A stretch of 64,000 bases of DNA from an uncultured Candidatus Saccharibacteria bacterium (GTDB taxonomy: Bacteria > Patescibacteriota > Minisyncoccia > Phycocordibacterales > UBA5272). The stretch lies in the NCBI GenBank assembly GCA_964621595.1, contig CAZUPO010000001.1:14758-78757 (forward strand), given 5' to 3'. The position numbers and the translations under genes are program-made. The notes beneath the pieces were generated by a model. The model saw nothing but the letters and a program-made list of their open reading frames with translations, ran no database searches and was not told where the DNA came from. Every line of letters begins with the position of its first letter. Position 1 is the stretch's first letter. Positions 20,532-30,112 of the stretch are shown piece after piece.

Positions 20532-22004
20532 ATGTTACCACTAGATCAACTAAGTTCTGGACGAGGAGGAAAGAAACGGACCGGCAAAGGACCCTCAGAC
20601 AAACGCTCTTCAGTACTCGAGGATCCACTTCGCGGACCACGCGTTCCCCCACAAGACCTCGAAAGTGAGAAGGCACTTCTTGGATCTCTCTTATTGCAAG
20701 GCGACGCGCTTTTTGAAATTTCTGACATCGTAAATGCAAAGAGTTTTTATGCACGCAAACACCAAGTTATCTATGAAGTACTGGAGGAGTTGGTTAACAA
20801 GAAAGAACCGGTCGACATCCTCACTGTATCTGCACAACTTCGTGCACGAAAAGAGTTTGATCAAATTGGTGGCGCGCCGTACCTCTCTGAACTTCTTGGA
20901 CTTGTTGGATCAGCAGCAAATATAAAATACTACGCTCAGATCGTAAGAAAGAAAGAACTCCTCCGTAAACTAATCGAGGCAAGTTCTTATATCTCAGAAA
21001 TATCATACGAGGAAAGTGAACCCCTTGAATCTATTCTCGAAGAAGCAGAAAAAACTGTATACGAAATAACCACCTCTGGCGGATCATCGGATCGTCTCAT
21101 CGCATTTCAAGAAATGATTGAAGAAACGTGGGAACGTATTGAAAAACTTTCTGAAAACACTGGTGAGTTGCGTGGTGTGCCGAGCGGCTTCAAAGATCTG
21201 GATAACAAACTCTCCGGATTCCAAAAATCAGACCTTATCATTCTCGCAGCACGACCATCCGTTGGTAAGACATCCCTTGCGCTTGATTTTGCTCGCCATG
21301 CTGCTGTGAAATCAAATATCCCCGTAGCCATCTTCTCACTCGAAATGAGTAAAGAGCAGTTGGTGGACAGAATGCTCTCAGCACAGTCTCAAGTCGATGG
21401 CTGGAAACTCCGCACATCACGTCTCTCTCTTGATGAAGAGTTTGCTCGACTTCAGCAAGGTATGCACGACCTCATGAAGGCTCCTATCTTTGTTGATGAC
21501 AAAGCAGCGAACTCAATTCTTAACATGCGCAGTGTGTTGCGACGTCTAAATTCTGATAGACCAATTGGTCTTATTATCGTGGACTACCTCCAACTCATGA
21601 ATACTGCAAAGTCCTATGACAACATGGTAAATCAAGTGACAGAAATTTCTCGGTCTCTTAAAGGACTCGCGAAGGAATTCAATGTACCAGTGATCGCTCT
21701 CTCCCAACTCTCGCGTGCCGTTGAATCTCGTGGTGGTAGACCTCGCCTTTCAGACCTACGTGATTCTGGTTCCATCGAACAAGATGCTGACGTTGTGATG
21801 TTCATTCACCGAGAAGACAAGTACGGAACAAATGATGGTGGTGATAAGAAAAATGTGGTCGAGATACTTATCGAAAAGCATCGTAACGGCCCAACTGGTA
21901 TTGTCGAACTCTACTTCGATGATAAGAAGACTTCATTCCTCTCTGTCGAGAAAAGTGAATTTGGTGACTTCGTCATGCCACAGGTGAATGCTCCTGAGTT
22001 TTAA
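20532..22004 (+). CDS. dnaB: replicative DNA helicase
   Basis: AARPSVGKT, FSLEMS, VDYLQL, SDLRDSGSIEQDAD, KHRNGPTG. Confidence 0.98.
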   Translation: MLPLDQLSSGRGGKKRTGKGPSDKRSSVLEDPLRGPRVPPQDLESEKALLGSLLLQGDALFEISDIVNAKSFYARKHQVIYEVLEELVNKKEPVDILTVSAQLRARKEFDQIGGAPYLSELLGLVGSAANIKYYAQIVRKKELLRKLIEASSYISEISYEESEPLESILEEAEKTVYEITTSGGSSDRLIAFQEMIEETWERIEKLSENTGELRGVPSGFKDLDNKLSGFQKSDLIILAARPSVGKTSLALDFARHAAVKSNIPVAIFSLEMSKEQLVDRMLSAQSQVDGWKLRTSRLSLDEEFARLQQGMHDLMKAPIFVDDKAANSILNMRSVLRRLNSDRPIGLIIVDYLQLMNTAKSYDNMVNQVTEISRSLKGLAKEFNVPVIALSQLSRAVESRGGRPRLSDLRDSGSIEQDADVVMFIHREDKYGTNDGGDKKNVVEILIEKHRNGPTGIVELYFDDKKTSFLSVEKSEFGDFVMPQVNAPEF

Positions 22005-22016
22005 CAAATAAAAACT

Positions 22017-22048
22017 AAAAGGCCGGGTCGCTGTCGCGACCCGGCCCT
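22017..22048 (-). terminator. intrinsic terminator of islet
   Basis: Minus strand GGCCGGGTCGC-gaca-GCGACCCGGCC-TTTT. Confidence 0.8.
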
Positions 22049-22064
22049 GCCTCGTGCCCGAGAC

Positions 22065-22253
22065 CTACTTCTTCTTCAGTCTCCGATTGCGAGGTACCAC
22101 TTCCACTTTGCGGCTGCTACGCACATCCGGCGGGCACTCGCGATGGATCCTCTGGAGTGCCGCCAGGTGGCGCGGCCCAACCACGAGGCGCGCACCCTCC
22201 GCCATCTCCTCCATGTGCCTGGCGGCATCGTTCTCGGGGTTACGCGTTGCCAT
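22065..22253 (-). CDS. GC-rich islet small protein
   Basis: 62 aa; start overlaps the end of the upstream islet ORF; ends just before the terminator. Confidence 0.45.
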   Translation of the reverse strand: MATRNPENDAARHMEEMAEGARLVVGPRHLAALQRIHRECPPDVRSSRKVEVVPRNRRLKKK

Positions 22254-22767
22254 GACGACCCCGCCTTCTGGACTTCATCACCCCCTTCGGCCTCACGCGG
22301 GTCTTGCGACGCTTCGTGGGCTTGAGACCCTCCTTGCTCTTCATGACGCCGTTGATCAGGCGCTTCAACTTCCGGAGGCAGATCTTCTCCTCGTCCGAGA
22401 GGTTGGACGGGTAGGGCAAGATGGGCTTGCTCGCAATGAGGTTGCGCACGAGGCCACGCTGCATTTCCCGCGAGTGAGCCATCACCTTCAACCAGATCTC
22501 GCGCGCAAGTTCCCACGAAAGACCCAGACGTTCGAAGATGCTCTCCATCGCCAAACCTTGAGCGACTTCGCCTTCCGGGTCGAAAACGCTCAGGCGGTGA
22601 ACCCACCTCCTGTAGCCGACACCCTGTGTCGACCGAGAGCGTTCGCGCAAGAGGATCGCGAGCATGATGTCGATCACCTTGGTGCGTTCGCGGTACGGCC
22701 TGAACAACGGCTCCATCATGCGCTCCTGTGAGAGCCTGGCGCGTTCCTTGATACTTTCCGTAGTCAT
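22240..22767 (-). CDS. GC-rich islet basic orphan protein
   Basis: TTAACA-17-TAGAGT promoter (22851-22823), GGGAGG SD before ATG 22767; Arg/Lys-rich C-terminus. Confidence 0.65.
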   Translation of the reverse strand: MTTESIKERARLSQERMMEPLFRPYRERTKVIDIMLAILLRERSRSTQGVGYRRWVHRLSVFDPEGEVAQGLAMESIFERLGLSWELAREIWLKVMAHSREMQRGLVRNLIASKPILPYPSNLSDEEKICLRKLKRLINGVMKSKEGLKPTKRRKTRVRPKGVMKSRRRGRHGNA

Positions 22768-22926
22768 CTGTCCTCCCGGACGATTATAATGCGTTGTTGG
22801 GTTTGTGCTGCTTCCACGCAGTACTCTATCAAAAAATACCCACTTTGTTAAACGCACACTCTCCAAGAGGTAAACCCATGCGACCTTATCATGCATCTGC
22901 TATACTTTAGAAACTTACAATTTTCC

Positions 22927-23556
22927 ATGAATCCAACAGACAAACTAACAGAACTGTTCATGCGATTTCCGGGCATCGGTCCAAAGCAAGCACGTCGTTT
23001 TGTATATTTTCTCTTGCGTGAACATTTTCATTTCAAAGAAGAACTAATAAAGACACTTACGGATTTAAAATTCACCGGGAAACAGTGTGGAAAGTGTTAC
23101 CGATACTTTGGAGATGCTCGCCAGGATGAGACAACTAAAATCTGCTCACTTTGCACAAGCACATCTCGAGATACAAAGACTCTCATGATCGTCGAAAAAG
23201 AACTCGACATGGATGCTGTTGAAAAAACAGGTTCATACAATGGTTTGTATTTTATCTTGGGTGGTCTGGTCCCTCCCCTTGCAGAAAAACCAACGGACCT
23301 TATTCGTATCAAAGAATTAACTTCGCGAATTTATAATGATGTGAATGCAAACGAATTGAGCGAGATTATTTTTGCCCTCCCAGTAACTGATTACGGTGAT
23401 ACTACGAAAGAGTATGTTGAGAAAACAATAAAACAAATAGTGGGTATCGATCAGGTCAAACTTACAGCACTTGCTCGTGGCCTCTCATCTGGGCTCGAAT
23501 TAGAATACGTCGATAAAAATACATTCAAGAGCGCGCTCGATCATCGTTTGCAATAA
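22927..23556 (+). CDS. recR: recombination protein RecR
   Basis: FPGIGPKQARR HhH, C4 zinc finger, Toprim YFILGG, ARGL..G.ELEY.D. Confidence 0.95.
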   Translation: MNPTDKLTELFMRFPGIGPKQARRFVYFLLREHFHFKEELIKTLTDLKFTGKQCGKCYRYFGDARQDETTKICSLCTSTSRDTKTLMIVEKELDMDAVEKTGSYNGLYFILGGLVPPLAEKPTDLIRIKELTSRIYNDVNANELSEIIFALPVTDYGDTTKEYVEKTIKQIVGIDQVKLTALARGLSSGLELEYVDKNTFKSALDHRLQ

Positions 23557-23575
23557 AAAAAGCCAGCGAACTGGC
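23555..23575 (-). terminator. terminator of candidate ncRNA A
   Basis: Minus strand GCCAG-TTCG-CTGGC-TTTTTT. Confidence 0.75.
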
Positions 23576-23576
23576 A

Positions 23577-23701
23577 TCTGGAGAACCACGAGACGAGGGA
23601 CCTGCGCACGTAACGCAGTGCATAGACTTCGCAAAGGAATCGACCTGACGGACAACTCTCGTGAAGCCGATCCCTACGCCTTAATCTCGTGGCCTCCAGA
23701 C
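23577..23701 (-). ncRNA. candidate structured ncRNA A
   Basis: TATACT about 7 nt upstream; ends pair (TCTGGAGGCCACGAGA/TCTCGTGGTTCTCCAGA); own terminator; no ORF. Confidence 0.6.
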
Positions 23702-23723
23702 AAATATAAGTATATACCACCAG

Positions 23724-23763
23724 AAAACGAAAACCCCCTCACATGAGGCATGTACAATGGGGG
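23724..23763 (-). terminator. terminator of candidate ncRNA B
   Basis: Minus strand CCCCCA..ACATG...CATGT..GGGGG-TTTTCGTTTT. Confidence 0.65.
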
Positions 23764-23768
23764 CGCAG

Positions 23769-23904
23769 GCCGGGGATGGACGACGAGGTTAAGGAGAACC
23801 CTTTCACACAGGAGACGGGCGCCTCCGCAAAGGCCCTAGGTAGGATGCCGCGGGCAGGGATGTGCCTTCGGCAATCCCTCCTGTCACCTCGTCGTCCTCC
23901 CGGC
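23769..23904 (-). ncRNA. candidate structured ncRNA B
   Basis: TG-A-TACTAT about 7 nt upstream; ends pair (GCCGGG.GGACGACGAGGT/ACCTCGTCGTCC..CCCGGC); internal helices ACAGGAG/CTCCTGT and GGGAT..TGCC-GAA-GGCA..ATCCC. Confidence 0.6.
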
Positions 23905-23937
23905 AATACCTATAGTATCACAAACTTCTATAACCAG

Positions 23938-23975
23938 AAAAACAAAAACGACCCCTGGGGTCGTTTTTGTTTTTC
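23938..23975 (-). terminator. rplU terminator (symmetric)
   Basis: AAACAAAAACGACCCC-t-GGGGTCGTTTTTGTTT. Confidence 0.75.
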
Positions 23976-23988
23976 TTACAAATCGAGA

Positions 23989-24306
23989 TTACTTAATTGC
24001 GTCTACGGTAACCTTCATGAATGGCTGACGATGACCATTTCGCTTGTGGTATCGTGACTTCTGACGATAGCGTACCACCATCACCTTCTTATGCTTACCG
24101 ATTTCACTAATAGTTGCAGAAACGGTTGAACCTTTGATAAATGGTGCGCCGAGATCTGTGGTCTTTCCATCATCTGTAAGGACAACAGTATCAAATGTTA
24201 CCTTGTCTCCAACCTTGAGATCATCAGACAACTTCTCAATTGTTACAGTGTCCCCTTTGGAGACCTTGTACTGCTTTCCACCTGTTTGAATAACTGCGAA
24301 TGACAT
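23989..24306 (-). CDS. rplU: 50S ribosomal protein L21
   Basis: FAVIQTGGKQYKV, GHRQPF. Confidence 0.97.
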   Translation of the reverse strand: MSFAVIQTGGKQYKVSKGDTVTIEKLSDDLKVGDKVTFDTVVLTDDGKTTDLGAPFIKGSTVSATISEIGKHKKVMVVRYRQKSRYHKRNGHRQPFMKVTVDAIK

Positions 24307-24441
24307 AGTGATGGGTATTATACATTAATTTACTTATATTTGCAAGTGGTACGATTAAAAAGATTTGACTCTATACTGTATATATTGTATAATGATATAT
24401 AACGCAGTTCCACGCAAAAAACCATAGAAAGGACCCACCCG

Positions 24442-24756
24442 ATGTTCACGCACTCCTCGTTTTTGCTTTCTCTGCTGTGCGTCTTGGCATGGCTCACCCT
24501 GGGACTCCTGAGTGTCCTGGTGCACTTCCAAGATTTGCACTTCCGCGAGGAGGTGCTCGATGACCTCGACGGAAGCAACGGCCCGGTGGCGTTCGTATCC
24601 GGGTGGATAGCGGGCGTGATCTACGTCTGCATCATCGGCGGGTTTTATGCCATTGCCCACATCGTGGAGAAGATCAAAGCCGGTCTCCAGGCAATCAAGG
24701 AGACCCTGCAACTCTACTACGAGTTGCTCTTCCCTGACGACGATGCCGAGGCCTGA
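24442..24756 (+). CDS. GC-rich islet 2-TM membrane protein
   Basis: TTGACT-17-TATAAT upstream, GAAAGGA SD, terminator at 24790-24815. Confidence 0.72.
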   Translation: MFTHSSFLLSLLCVLAWLTLGLLSVLVHFQDLHFREEVLDDLDGSNGPVAFVSGWIAGVIYVCIIGGFYAIAHIVEKIKAGLQAIKETLQLYYELLFPDDDAEA

Positions 24757-24833
24757 CCAGCGTCATTAGCCCCCAACCCGTTCGCTTCAAACCCCCGCCC
24801 GTGCGGGGGTTGTTTCATTCTAGAGAAACATTT

Positions 24834-25877
24834 TTATTCTTCCTCAAAATTTGGTTTATCAAGGAGTGATGGTGTGACACCGTGCTCTTCTCCGGTAATA
24901 CGAAGCACGTCTTTATCAATCTTTTTTAATTCTTTGTATGCGGTATTGTAATGATTCACTGTTGTACCGAGCGTAAGGCCGAGTTTCTTCATGTATTCTT
25001 CATACACAGCGATATGTCGACCGAGTTCCCCTACGCGCTTTTCTATATGTTTTGCACTTTCTTCAATTTGAAATGCTTTGAATCCAAAGAGTACTGATTG
25101 CAGATATGCGTAGAATGTCGTCGGAGAAACAATCACAACCTTTTTCTTATGATATGCGTACTCAATCAAATTCTGTGTATTGATGGCACCGGCCGCAACT
25201 TTATTAACCAAAAGATCGTAGTAAATGCCTTCGGCTGGTATGAACATAAATGCAAACGGTAGCGTCCCCTCATCTGGGCGAATATATTTCGCCGTCTCAT
25301 CGATGCGCTCTTTTATGTCTTTCTTAAACTCTGTTTGATAGTATGCCTCGTCTTCCTCGTCGACGGCATTCATGAGACGATGATAGTTATCGAGTGAATA
25401 CTTTGCGTCGATCGGAATGATGCCATCTTTGGTACGGATGATTGCGTCTACCACCTCACTGTTGTCGAATCGATACTGCATCTCATACTGACCTGGGGCG
25501 AGCATGTTGGAGAGAATGAGCTCAAGAGACGCTTCTCCTAAATTTCCACGTTGCTTTTGATGAGTAAGTACTTTCTCCAAATTTTGTAATTGCTCTGTCA
25601 TGGAAAACACTTGTTTGTTCCCCTCTTTGACTTCAGTTAATTCTCGTGTGATTTCGGTGATCAGCCTCTTCGCTTCCGAGTCCTGTCGATGAAGCACTTG
25701 GTGCAATTCTGATTGTGATCGCTCCAATTTATGCTCGACTGCATTACGCAACTTTTCCAACTGATCCTGAAGAATGAGTAACCCTTGATCAGAATTTTCC
25801 TCTTTTGGTTTCTTAAAAATAATAACAAGGAGTAAGACAATGACAACCCCACTTAGAATATAAAAAGATACTTCCAT
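24834..25877 (-). CDS. rmuC: DNA recombination protein RmuC
   Basis: N-terminal TM and coiled coil, RGNLGE..L, PIDAK, FMFIPAEG, VSPTT. Confidence 0.9.
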   Translation of the reverse strand: MEVSFYILSGVVIVLLLVIIFKKPKEENSDQGLLILQDQLEKLRNAVEHKLERSQSELHQVLHRQDSEAKRLITEITRELTEVKEGNKQVFSMTEQLQNLEKVLTHQKQRGNLGEASLELILSNMLAPGQYEMQYRFDNSEVVDAIIRTKDGIIPIDAKYSLDNYHRLMNAVDEEDEAYYQTEFKKDIKERIDETAKYIRPDEGTLPFAFMFIPAEGIYYDLLVNKVAAGAINTQNLIEYAYHKKKVVIVSPTTFYAYLQSVLFGFKAFQIEESAKHIEKRVGELGRHIAVYEEYMKKLGLTLGTTVNHYNTAYKELKKIDKDVLRITGEEHGVTPSLLDKPNFEEE

Positions 25878-25934
25878 ATGTAGTAATGGTACCACACCTT
25901 AGATAAAATATTTCTATGTGGTATAATCCCCTGA

Positions 25935-26245
25935 TCATTCTCGTAACTCCCTCCACCGTAACGGTTGGGCATAGCGGGGATGACACCGGGGGTCTGTGGT
26001 CGCGCGTTGTGCAACCGTGCGTTCACACGTAGATGCCCGGGTTCCGCCGGTTACACGAATGTAACACTATAAGTCTCAGCTAGATTAGGGTCGCAAGAAT
26101 CCAAAAGACAGCCCAATCAACCCTGATGCATTCGCCGTAGCCGGTTTACTCGATGCCCCTTCCAGAGGGGTAATGACCCTTAACCAGGGTCGGTCAACAT
26201 GACCATCGCTGTACCCGCCCGGGCCACCATCGTGTGTGCCCGGGC
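25935..26245 (+). ncRNA. candidate structured ncRNA D (unknown class)
   Basis: TG-G-TATAAT at 25919-25927; closing helix CGGTTGGGCATAGCG/CGCTGTACCCGCCCG; hairpins GTTACA/TGTAAC, GCCCCT/AGGGGT, GACCCT/AGGGTC, GGTC/GACC; downstream gene has its own promoter. Confidence 0.55.
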
Positions 26246-26276
26246 AAACTCTTTATGTGGTATACTTATGTACACT

Positions 26277-26720
26277 ATGCAAGAAAAAATTAAATCAGCT
26301 ATCAAACCAGCAATGCTCGCGAAGGATACAGTGCGTCTGGGCACTCTTCGTATGCTCGTTGCTGCTTTTACAAATGAACTTGTCTCTCAAGGACACCCTC
26401 CTACAGACCCTCTTTCTGACGAAGATTGCATGAAAGTGATCAAGCGTCTCGCAAAGCAGCGCAAGGACTCTATCGACCAATTCATCGCTGGTGGACGACC
26501 AGAACTTGCAGAAGATGAAAAAGCAGAACTTGCTATCATCGAAGAATTTCTCCCGCAACAGATGAGTGAAGCAGAAATCGAAGCAAAGATAAAAGAAAAG
26601 ATTGCCGCGTCTCCTGTAGACCCAACCAAGAAAGGCCAGTTTGTCGGCATGATGATCAAGGAACTTGGCGACAGTGCTGACGGTGCTGTGGTGAAGAGGA
26701 TAATAGACTCTCTTGTCTAA
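26277..26720 (+). CDS. GatB/YqeY domain protein
   Basis: AMLAKD..RL..LR, KQRKDSI.QF..GGR.ELA..E..EL, LP.QMSE. Confidence 0.9.
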   Translation: MQEKIKSAIKPAMLAKDTVRLGTLRMLVAAFTNELVSQGHPPTDPLSDEDCMKVIKRLAKQRKDSIDQFIAGGRPELAEDEKAELAIIEEFLPQQMSEAEIEAKIKEKIAASPVDPTKKGQFVGMMIKELGDSADGAVVKRIIDSLV

Positions 26721-26729
26721 AGAACTACC

Positions 26730-27038
26730 ATGCCACAACAACTTGGATTTCAATTCGACGGTGAAAGAATTCCTCCTAACCCCTCCTCTTTGGTAACAGA
26801 GAGTCCAGAGAATATGCAGCGTATTAAAGACCTGGAAACTCTCCGGAAAATAGAATCTAAAGAAGTAACTAGTTTTTTTGAAATACAGTCTTTTTTTGTG
26901 AGGATTCTTGGTGATTCTATAATTAGTAAAGAAAAAGACCCTTATACGGGAGAGCCTGATAACGGAATCAATCTAAATGAATCAATAGCAGCAGCACGAG
27001 AAGTATTAACCAAAGGAGAAACCCCTACTCATCACTAA
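26730..27038 (+). CDS. hypothetical protein
   Basis: 102-aa ORF directly downstream of the YqeY gene. Confidence 0.55.
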   Translation: MPQQLGFQFDGERIPPNPSSLVTESPENMQRIKDLETLRKIESKEVTSFFEIQSFFVRILGDSIISKEKDPYTGEPDNGINLNESIAAAREVLTKGETPTHH

Positions 27039-27166
27039 AGTTCTTGCAGACACTCGTAGTATTTTAAATAGGTGGAAAAACTAGGTGTATTGACTTAGTA
27101 AGTTTTTTATTTTATTATTAAGGTCGGAAAGTTCCCACCACCCCGCAACCAGAGTGAGGAGACCCC

Positions 27167-27517
27167 ATGGGGAAACGTCAGTACAGCCATGAGGACGCCC
27201 TCCTCGCGGTGCGTTTCGCAGTGTGGTACGCAGCCGCACGCGAGAGTTGGAAAAAAGGTGAACCTCACCCGATCCGGCTCACCCGCAAGTTCGCAGAGGA
27301 TAAGGATATTCTGGCCCGACATATGGGTCATGATTCCTACCGAGCGATGCCTGCCGATACGAAAAGTTTGATCGGTATGGCTGCTGCCAAGATGAAGAAG
27401 CAAAAGAAGGAGTTGAGAGATGGCGCCCGTAATGATCTCGACCCCTTCGAACTCGTCCTTCGCGACGTCATCGCTGACCTCACGAAGGGCGAGCAGATCA
27501 ACGCCGTACCGAAATAA
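27167..27517 (+). CDS. GC-rich islet orphan protein (gene 1 of 2)
   Basis: TTGACT-17-TATTAT (27090-27118); GAGGAG SD. Confidence 0.7.
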   Translation: MGKRQYSHEDALLAVRFAVWYAAARESWKKGEPHPIRLTRKFAEDKDILARHMGHDSYRAMPADTKSLIGMAAAKMKKQKKELRDGARNDLDPFELVLRDVIADLTKGEQINAVPK

Positions 27518-27528
27518 GGAGACCCATC

Positions 27529-27774
27529 ATGTCGGACCCCGACACTTTGAAGGAAATCGAGACGACACTTGCGGGGGTGATCAACCCCAACACGGTCGTT
27601 GCGATCATGAGCGAATTCCTCGGCATCACCAAGGAACAGCTCGAGAAGAATCACGACGGCTCGACCCCGTGGGTGCGCCAAGAAGTGCTGAAGGTCGCAT
27701 CCAAGAAGAACTCCGCTGATCGAACGCACATGCTGGCGAAAATCCAGCAGATCATCGCAGAGAACTCGCGATGA
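27529..27774 (+). CDS. GC-rich islet orphan protein (gene 2 of 2)
   Basis: TAAGGAG SD; hairpin GAAGCCCGCCCC/GGGGCGGGCTTC at 27793-27825. Confidence 0.7.
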   Translation: MSDPDTLKEIETTLAGVINPNTVVAIMSEFLGITKEQLEKNHDGSTPWVRQEVLKVASKKNSADRTHMLAKIQQIIAENSR

Positions 27775-27856
27775 GGCACGAACCGGCGGAAAGAAGCCCG
27801 CCCCGGAACAACGGGGGCGGGCTTCAATACTTTATATACCACGAACCCTTTTTTAA

Positions 27857-28576
27857 TTATCTAAAACTGCAGACGACCGGCATAGACACCCGCGTTACGT
27901 CGCTGGCAGACACCGCATTACCTGATTGAAAGATCATCATGCACTGTAACTTATCAGGAAGAGTACCTTCTATTTTTACTTGAAAACGTTTCCAACCAAG
28001 CGGTGACCATGCATTTGTCATATACGCAGTGGATGCGGCAATAGGTCTACCTTGACTATCAGCGATAAGAACCACGAATTTCCCATCACGGAAAAAAGTT
28101 TCTTTTGCCTCACCACCAAAGGTCAAACCACCGTAAACGTATCCCCCTTGATAGATAGAGAGGTTGCGAATATATGACTCTTTGGACGCGTATGCCTGTC
28201 GTACCACCTCCCCATTATTTGTAACAGGATTACCAGAAGAATCCACGACAACTGCACCATCATTGGTAAATGTTAAAAACTTCGTCTCCGTCCATGTATA
28301 TCCAGACTGATACGGTGCTGTACCATACCCGTTGTACGGCGCTGTGGGGACAAATTCTCGTGGTTGTGCCGGCTCTGCTTTGTACGCAAGCAACCCCGTT
28401 AAACTTCCTGGTGGAGGCAACCATGTAAATGACATCGTAGTAGTATCAAACGATACAAAATTGCGCAAACGCACAGTAGGGAAAAGTTCTGTGATGAGCC
28501 ACCACACAATCGCAAAGAAAAGCAATGCAACTGCAAACCGTACGAGAAATGATAGAAGGTAGCGAATAATATCCAT
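27857..28576 (-). CDS. membrane-anchored hypothetical protein
   Basis: N-terminal TM, extracytoplasmic beta-rich C-terminus. Confidence 0.7.
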   Translation of the reverse strand: MDIIRYLLSFLVRFAVALLFFAIVWWLITELFPTVRLRNFVSFDTTTMSFTWLPPPGSLTGLLAYKAEPAQPREFVPTAPYNGYGTAPYQSGYTWTETKFLTFTNDGAVVVDSSGNPVTNNGEVVRQAYASKESYIRNLSIYQGGYVYGGLTFGGEAKETFFRDGKFVVLIADSQGRPIAASTAYMTNAWSPLGWKRFQVKIEGTLPDKLQCMMIFQSGNAVSASDVTRVSMPVVCSFR

Positions 28577-28589
28577 ACATTACTAAAAA

Positions 28590-29180
28590 TTACTGAGAAA
28601 AGTTTTTACTACCAGAACATGTCTCTGGTGCCCAGAGACCACGCTTGGATGTACGTGCGAGATTTTGTAATTCTCTAAATTCTTTCTGATATGCGTATGG
28701 AGTCATGTATGTATATTCATATGCATACCCCTCAGCAATTAACTGACGATTCACCATGACTCCATCTTCGAGGTACACATAAGCAAGGATTCTGTTGTAC
28801 GCATCACGAGTCCCCTGCGAATCATCATACTCGAGCCGGACTATCTTTCCAGACATCAATTCTTTTGCACGTGCAGAGGCCTCTTTTCCGAAACACTGTA
28901 CTGGTCTTCGTGGATCGACTGTTTCGGGAGTGTTAATACCAAGGAGCCGAACTTTTTCATTCACACCTTGCATCTCGAGCGTAACTGTATCTCCATCAAC
29001 AACCTTCACCACCTTATAATAGACAGATGATGTGTGTAGTGATGACGTCGCTTCATGCATCTTGTCTGCCACAGTCTCAACTGCAACAATGTCCCTATGA
29101 ATCTGAGAATAAAAAGCGAGTAAAAGAAGTATGATACCGCCTATTCCCAACTTTTTTGCTACTGGAGGGGTGAGTGACAT
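28590..29180 (-). CDS. thermonuclease (SNase-like)
   Basis: VVDGDT, VRLLGINTPE, DAYNRILAYV, A....RGLW. Confidence 0.93.
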   Translation of the reverse strand: MSLTPPVAKKLGIGGIILLLLAFYSQIHRDIVAVETVADKMHEATSSLHTSSVYYKVVKVVDGDTVTLEMQGVNEKVRLLGINTPETVDPRRPVQCFGKEASARAKELMSGKIVRLEYDDSQGTRDAYNRILAYVYLEDGVMVNRQLIAEGYAYEYTYMTPYAYQKEFRELQNLARTSKRGLWAPETCSGSKNFSQ

Positions 29181-29198
29181 ACAAAGAAGTGTATCACA

Positions 29199-29738
29199 TT
29201 AGCATGTGAGCGGACTGTTAACTTTCTTAGATAAATGGTATGTGGCCATGAACAAAAAGAGTAATCCTATGTATCCGATCTCTTCACCTCCGTAGGGCAA
29301 ATACGAAAGCATGGAAGAGAAACCAAGAAGCGAAAGTACGACACTTAAGAATGCACTTCCGCATGCCGCACAACCAATACCCAAGAATGCAACAATGAGT
29401 CCGAGGCCATTATACATACCACTGTCCAGCAAGACTTCTCCACGCAATCTCATATACGTATACGCAAGCGAGATATTGATACCACCGATTAAGGATCCAA
29501 GTACTGCGAGAATGAGCGTCCCCGATGTAAACGTGCCTGATATATCAAACAATGTTTTCCAAGCAAGAACAAGTCGCTTACCAAATGGTAAAATAGTGAA
29601 ACCAAGTGCATCACGTACAAGAGAAAAATTTTGTATGAGGAGTAATAAGGAAAATAAAATCCCTGCTGATACGATGATGACCAGTCGACTATCCCCTCTT
29701 CGCATCAACAAAGAAAAACTAGATGCTATATCTTTCAT
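29199..29738 (-). CDS. multi-pass membrane protein with GCAAC motif
   Basis: About 4 TM helices, CxxC in GIGCAACGS. Confidence 0.7.
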   Translation of the reverse strand: MKDIASSFSLLMRRGDSRLVIIVSAGILFSLLLLIQNFSLVRDALGFTILPFGKRLVLAWKTLFDISGTFTSGTLILAVLGSLIGGINISLAYTYMRLRGEVLLDSGMYNGLGLIVAFLGIGCAACGSAFLSVVLSLLGFSSMLSYLPYGGEEIGYIGLLFLFMATYHLSKKVNSPLTC

Positions 29739-29821
29739 ACCACATATACGAAGTATACAGTGAGTCTCTACATAGTGCACATACCTAACACACATACCCC
29801 ACACACAATCTGAAGAGAATC

Positions 29822-30112
29822 TTATCGTATTTCGTTACCAACGCGACGCTTACCAATGTAGTCTTCTAACTGTGATATCTCGGTCTCAATTGCTTCCATC
29901 CATTCTTTATCTGTTCCGTTAACAGCACGCAATTTCGCCTTGAAGTTTATATAGAGTGGGTATAGTAGTTCTGGGTCTTGCTTAAGGATATCTAGAAATT
30001 CCTGTTGTTCGTCATCTGTGAGCAACGAAAGACCAGTTTCAAAAGCCCTTGCCTCTTCAAAGGTAAGTGCAGATTCTTCCAAAAATTGTTCTAAATCCTT
30101 GCGCAACGCCAT
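29822..30112 (-). CDS. hypothetical helical protein
   Basis: 96-aa ORF with AAGGA upstream. Confidence 0.65.
   Translation of the reverse strand: MALRKDLEQFLEESALTFEEARAFETGLSLLTDDEQQEFLDILKQDPELLYPLYINFKAKLRAVNGTDKEWMEAIETEISQLEDYIGKRRVGNEIR

Noticed and set aside
22054-22731. Long alternative-frame ORFs over GC-rich islets (also 2612-3208, 15260-15908, 35505-36326, 43367-44092)
   Set aside because: Shadow ORFs expected from GC-rich codon bias; promoter, SD and terminator support the other frame
23577-23904. SRP (4.5S) RNA near recR
   Set aside because: GTCAGGTC is present but the GGAA tetraloop and AGCAG are missing
23743-24057. 104-aa plus-strand ORF
   Set aside because: Runs through a terminator into rplU antisense; the region is better explained as minus-strand RNA
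25976-26229. tmRNA (GGGGATGA start, CCACCA end, AFAVA-like frame)
   Set aside because: Acceptor strands do not pair, no TTCRA T-loop, no stop after the putative tag, and too short
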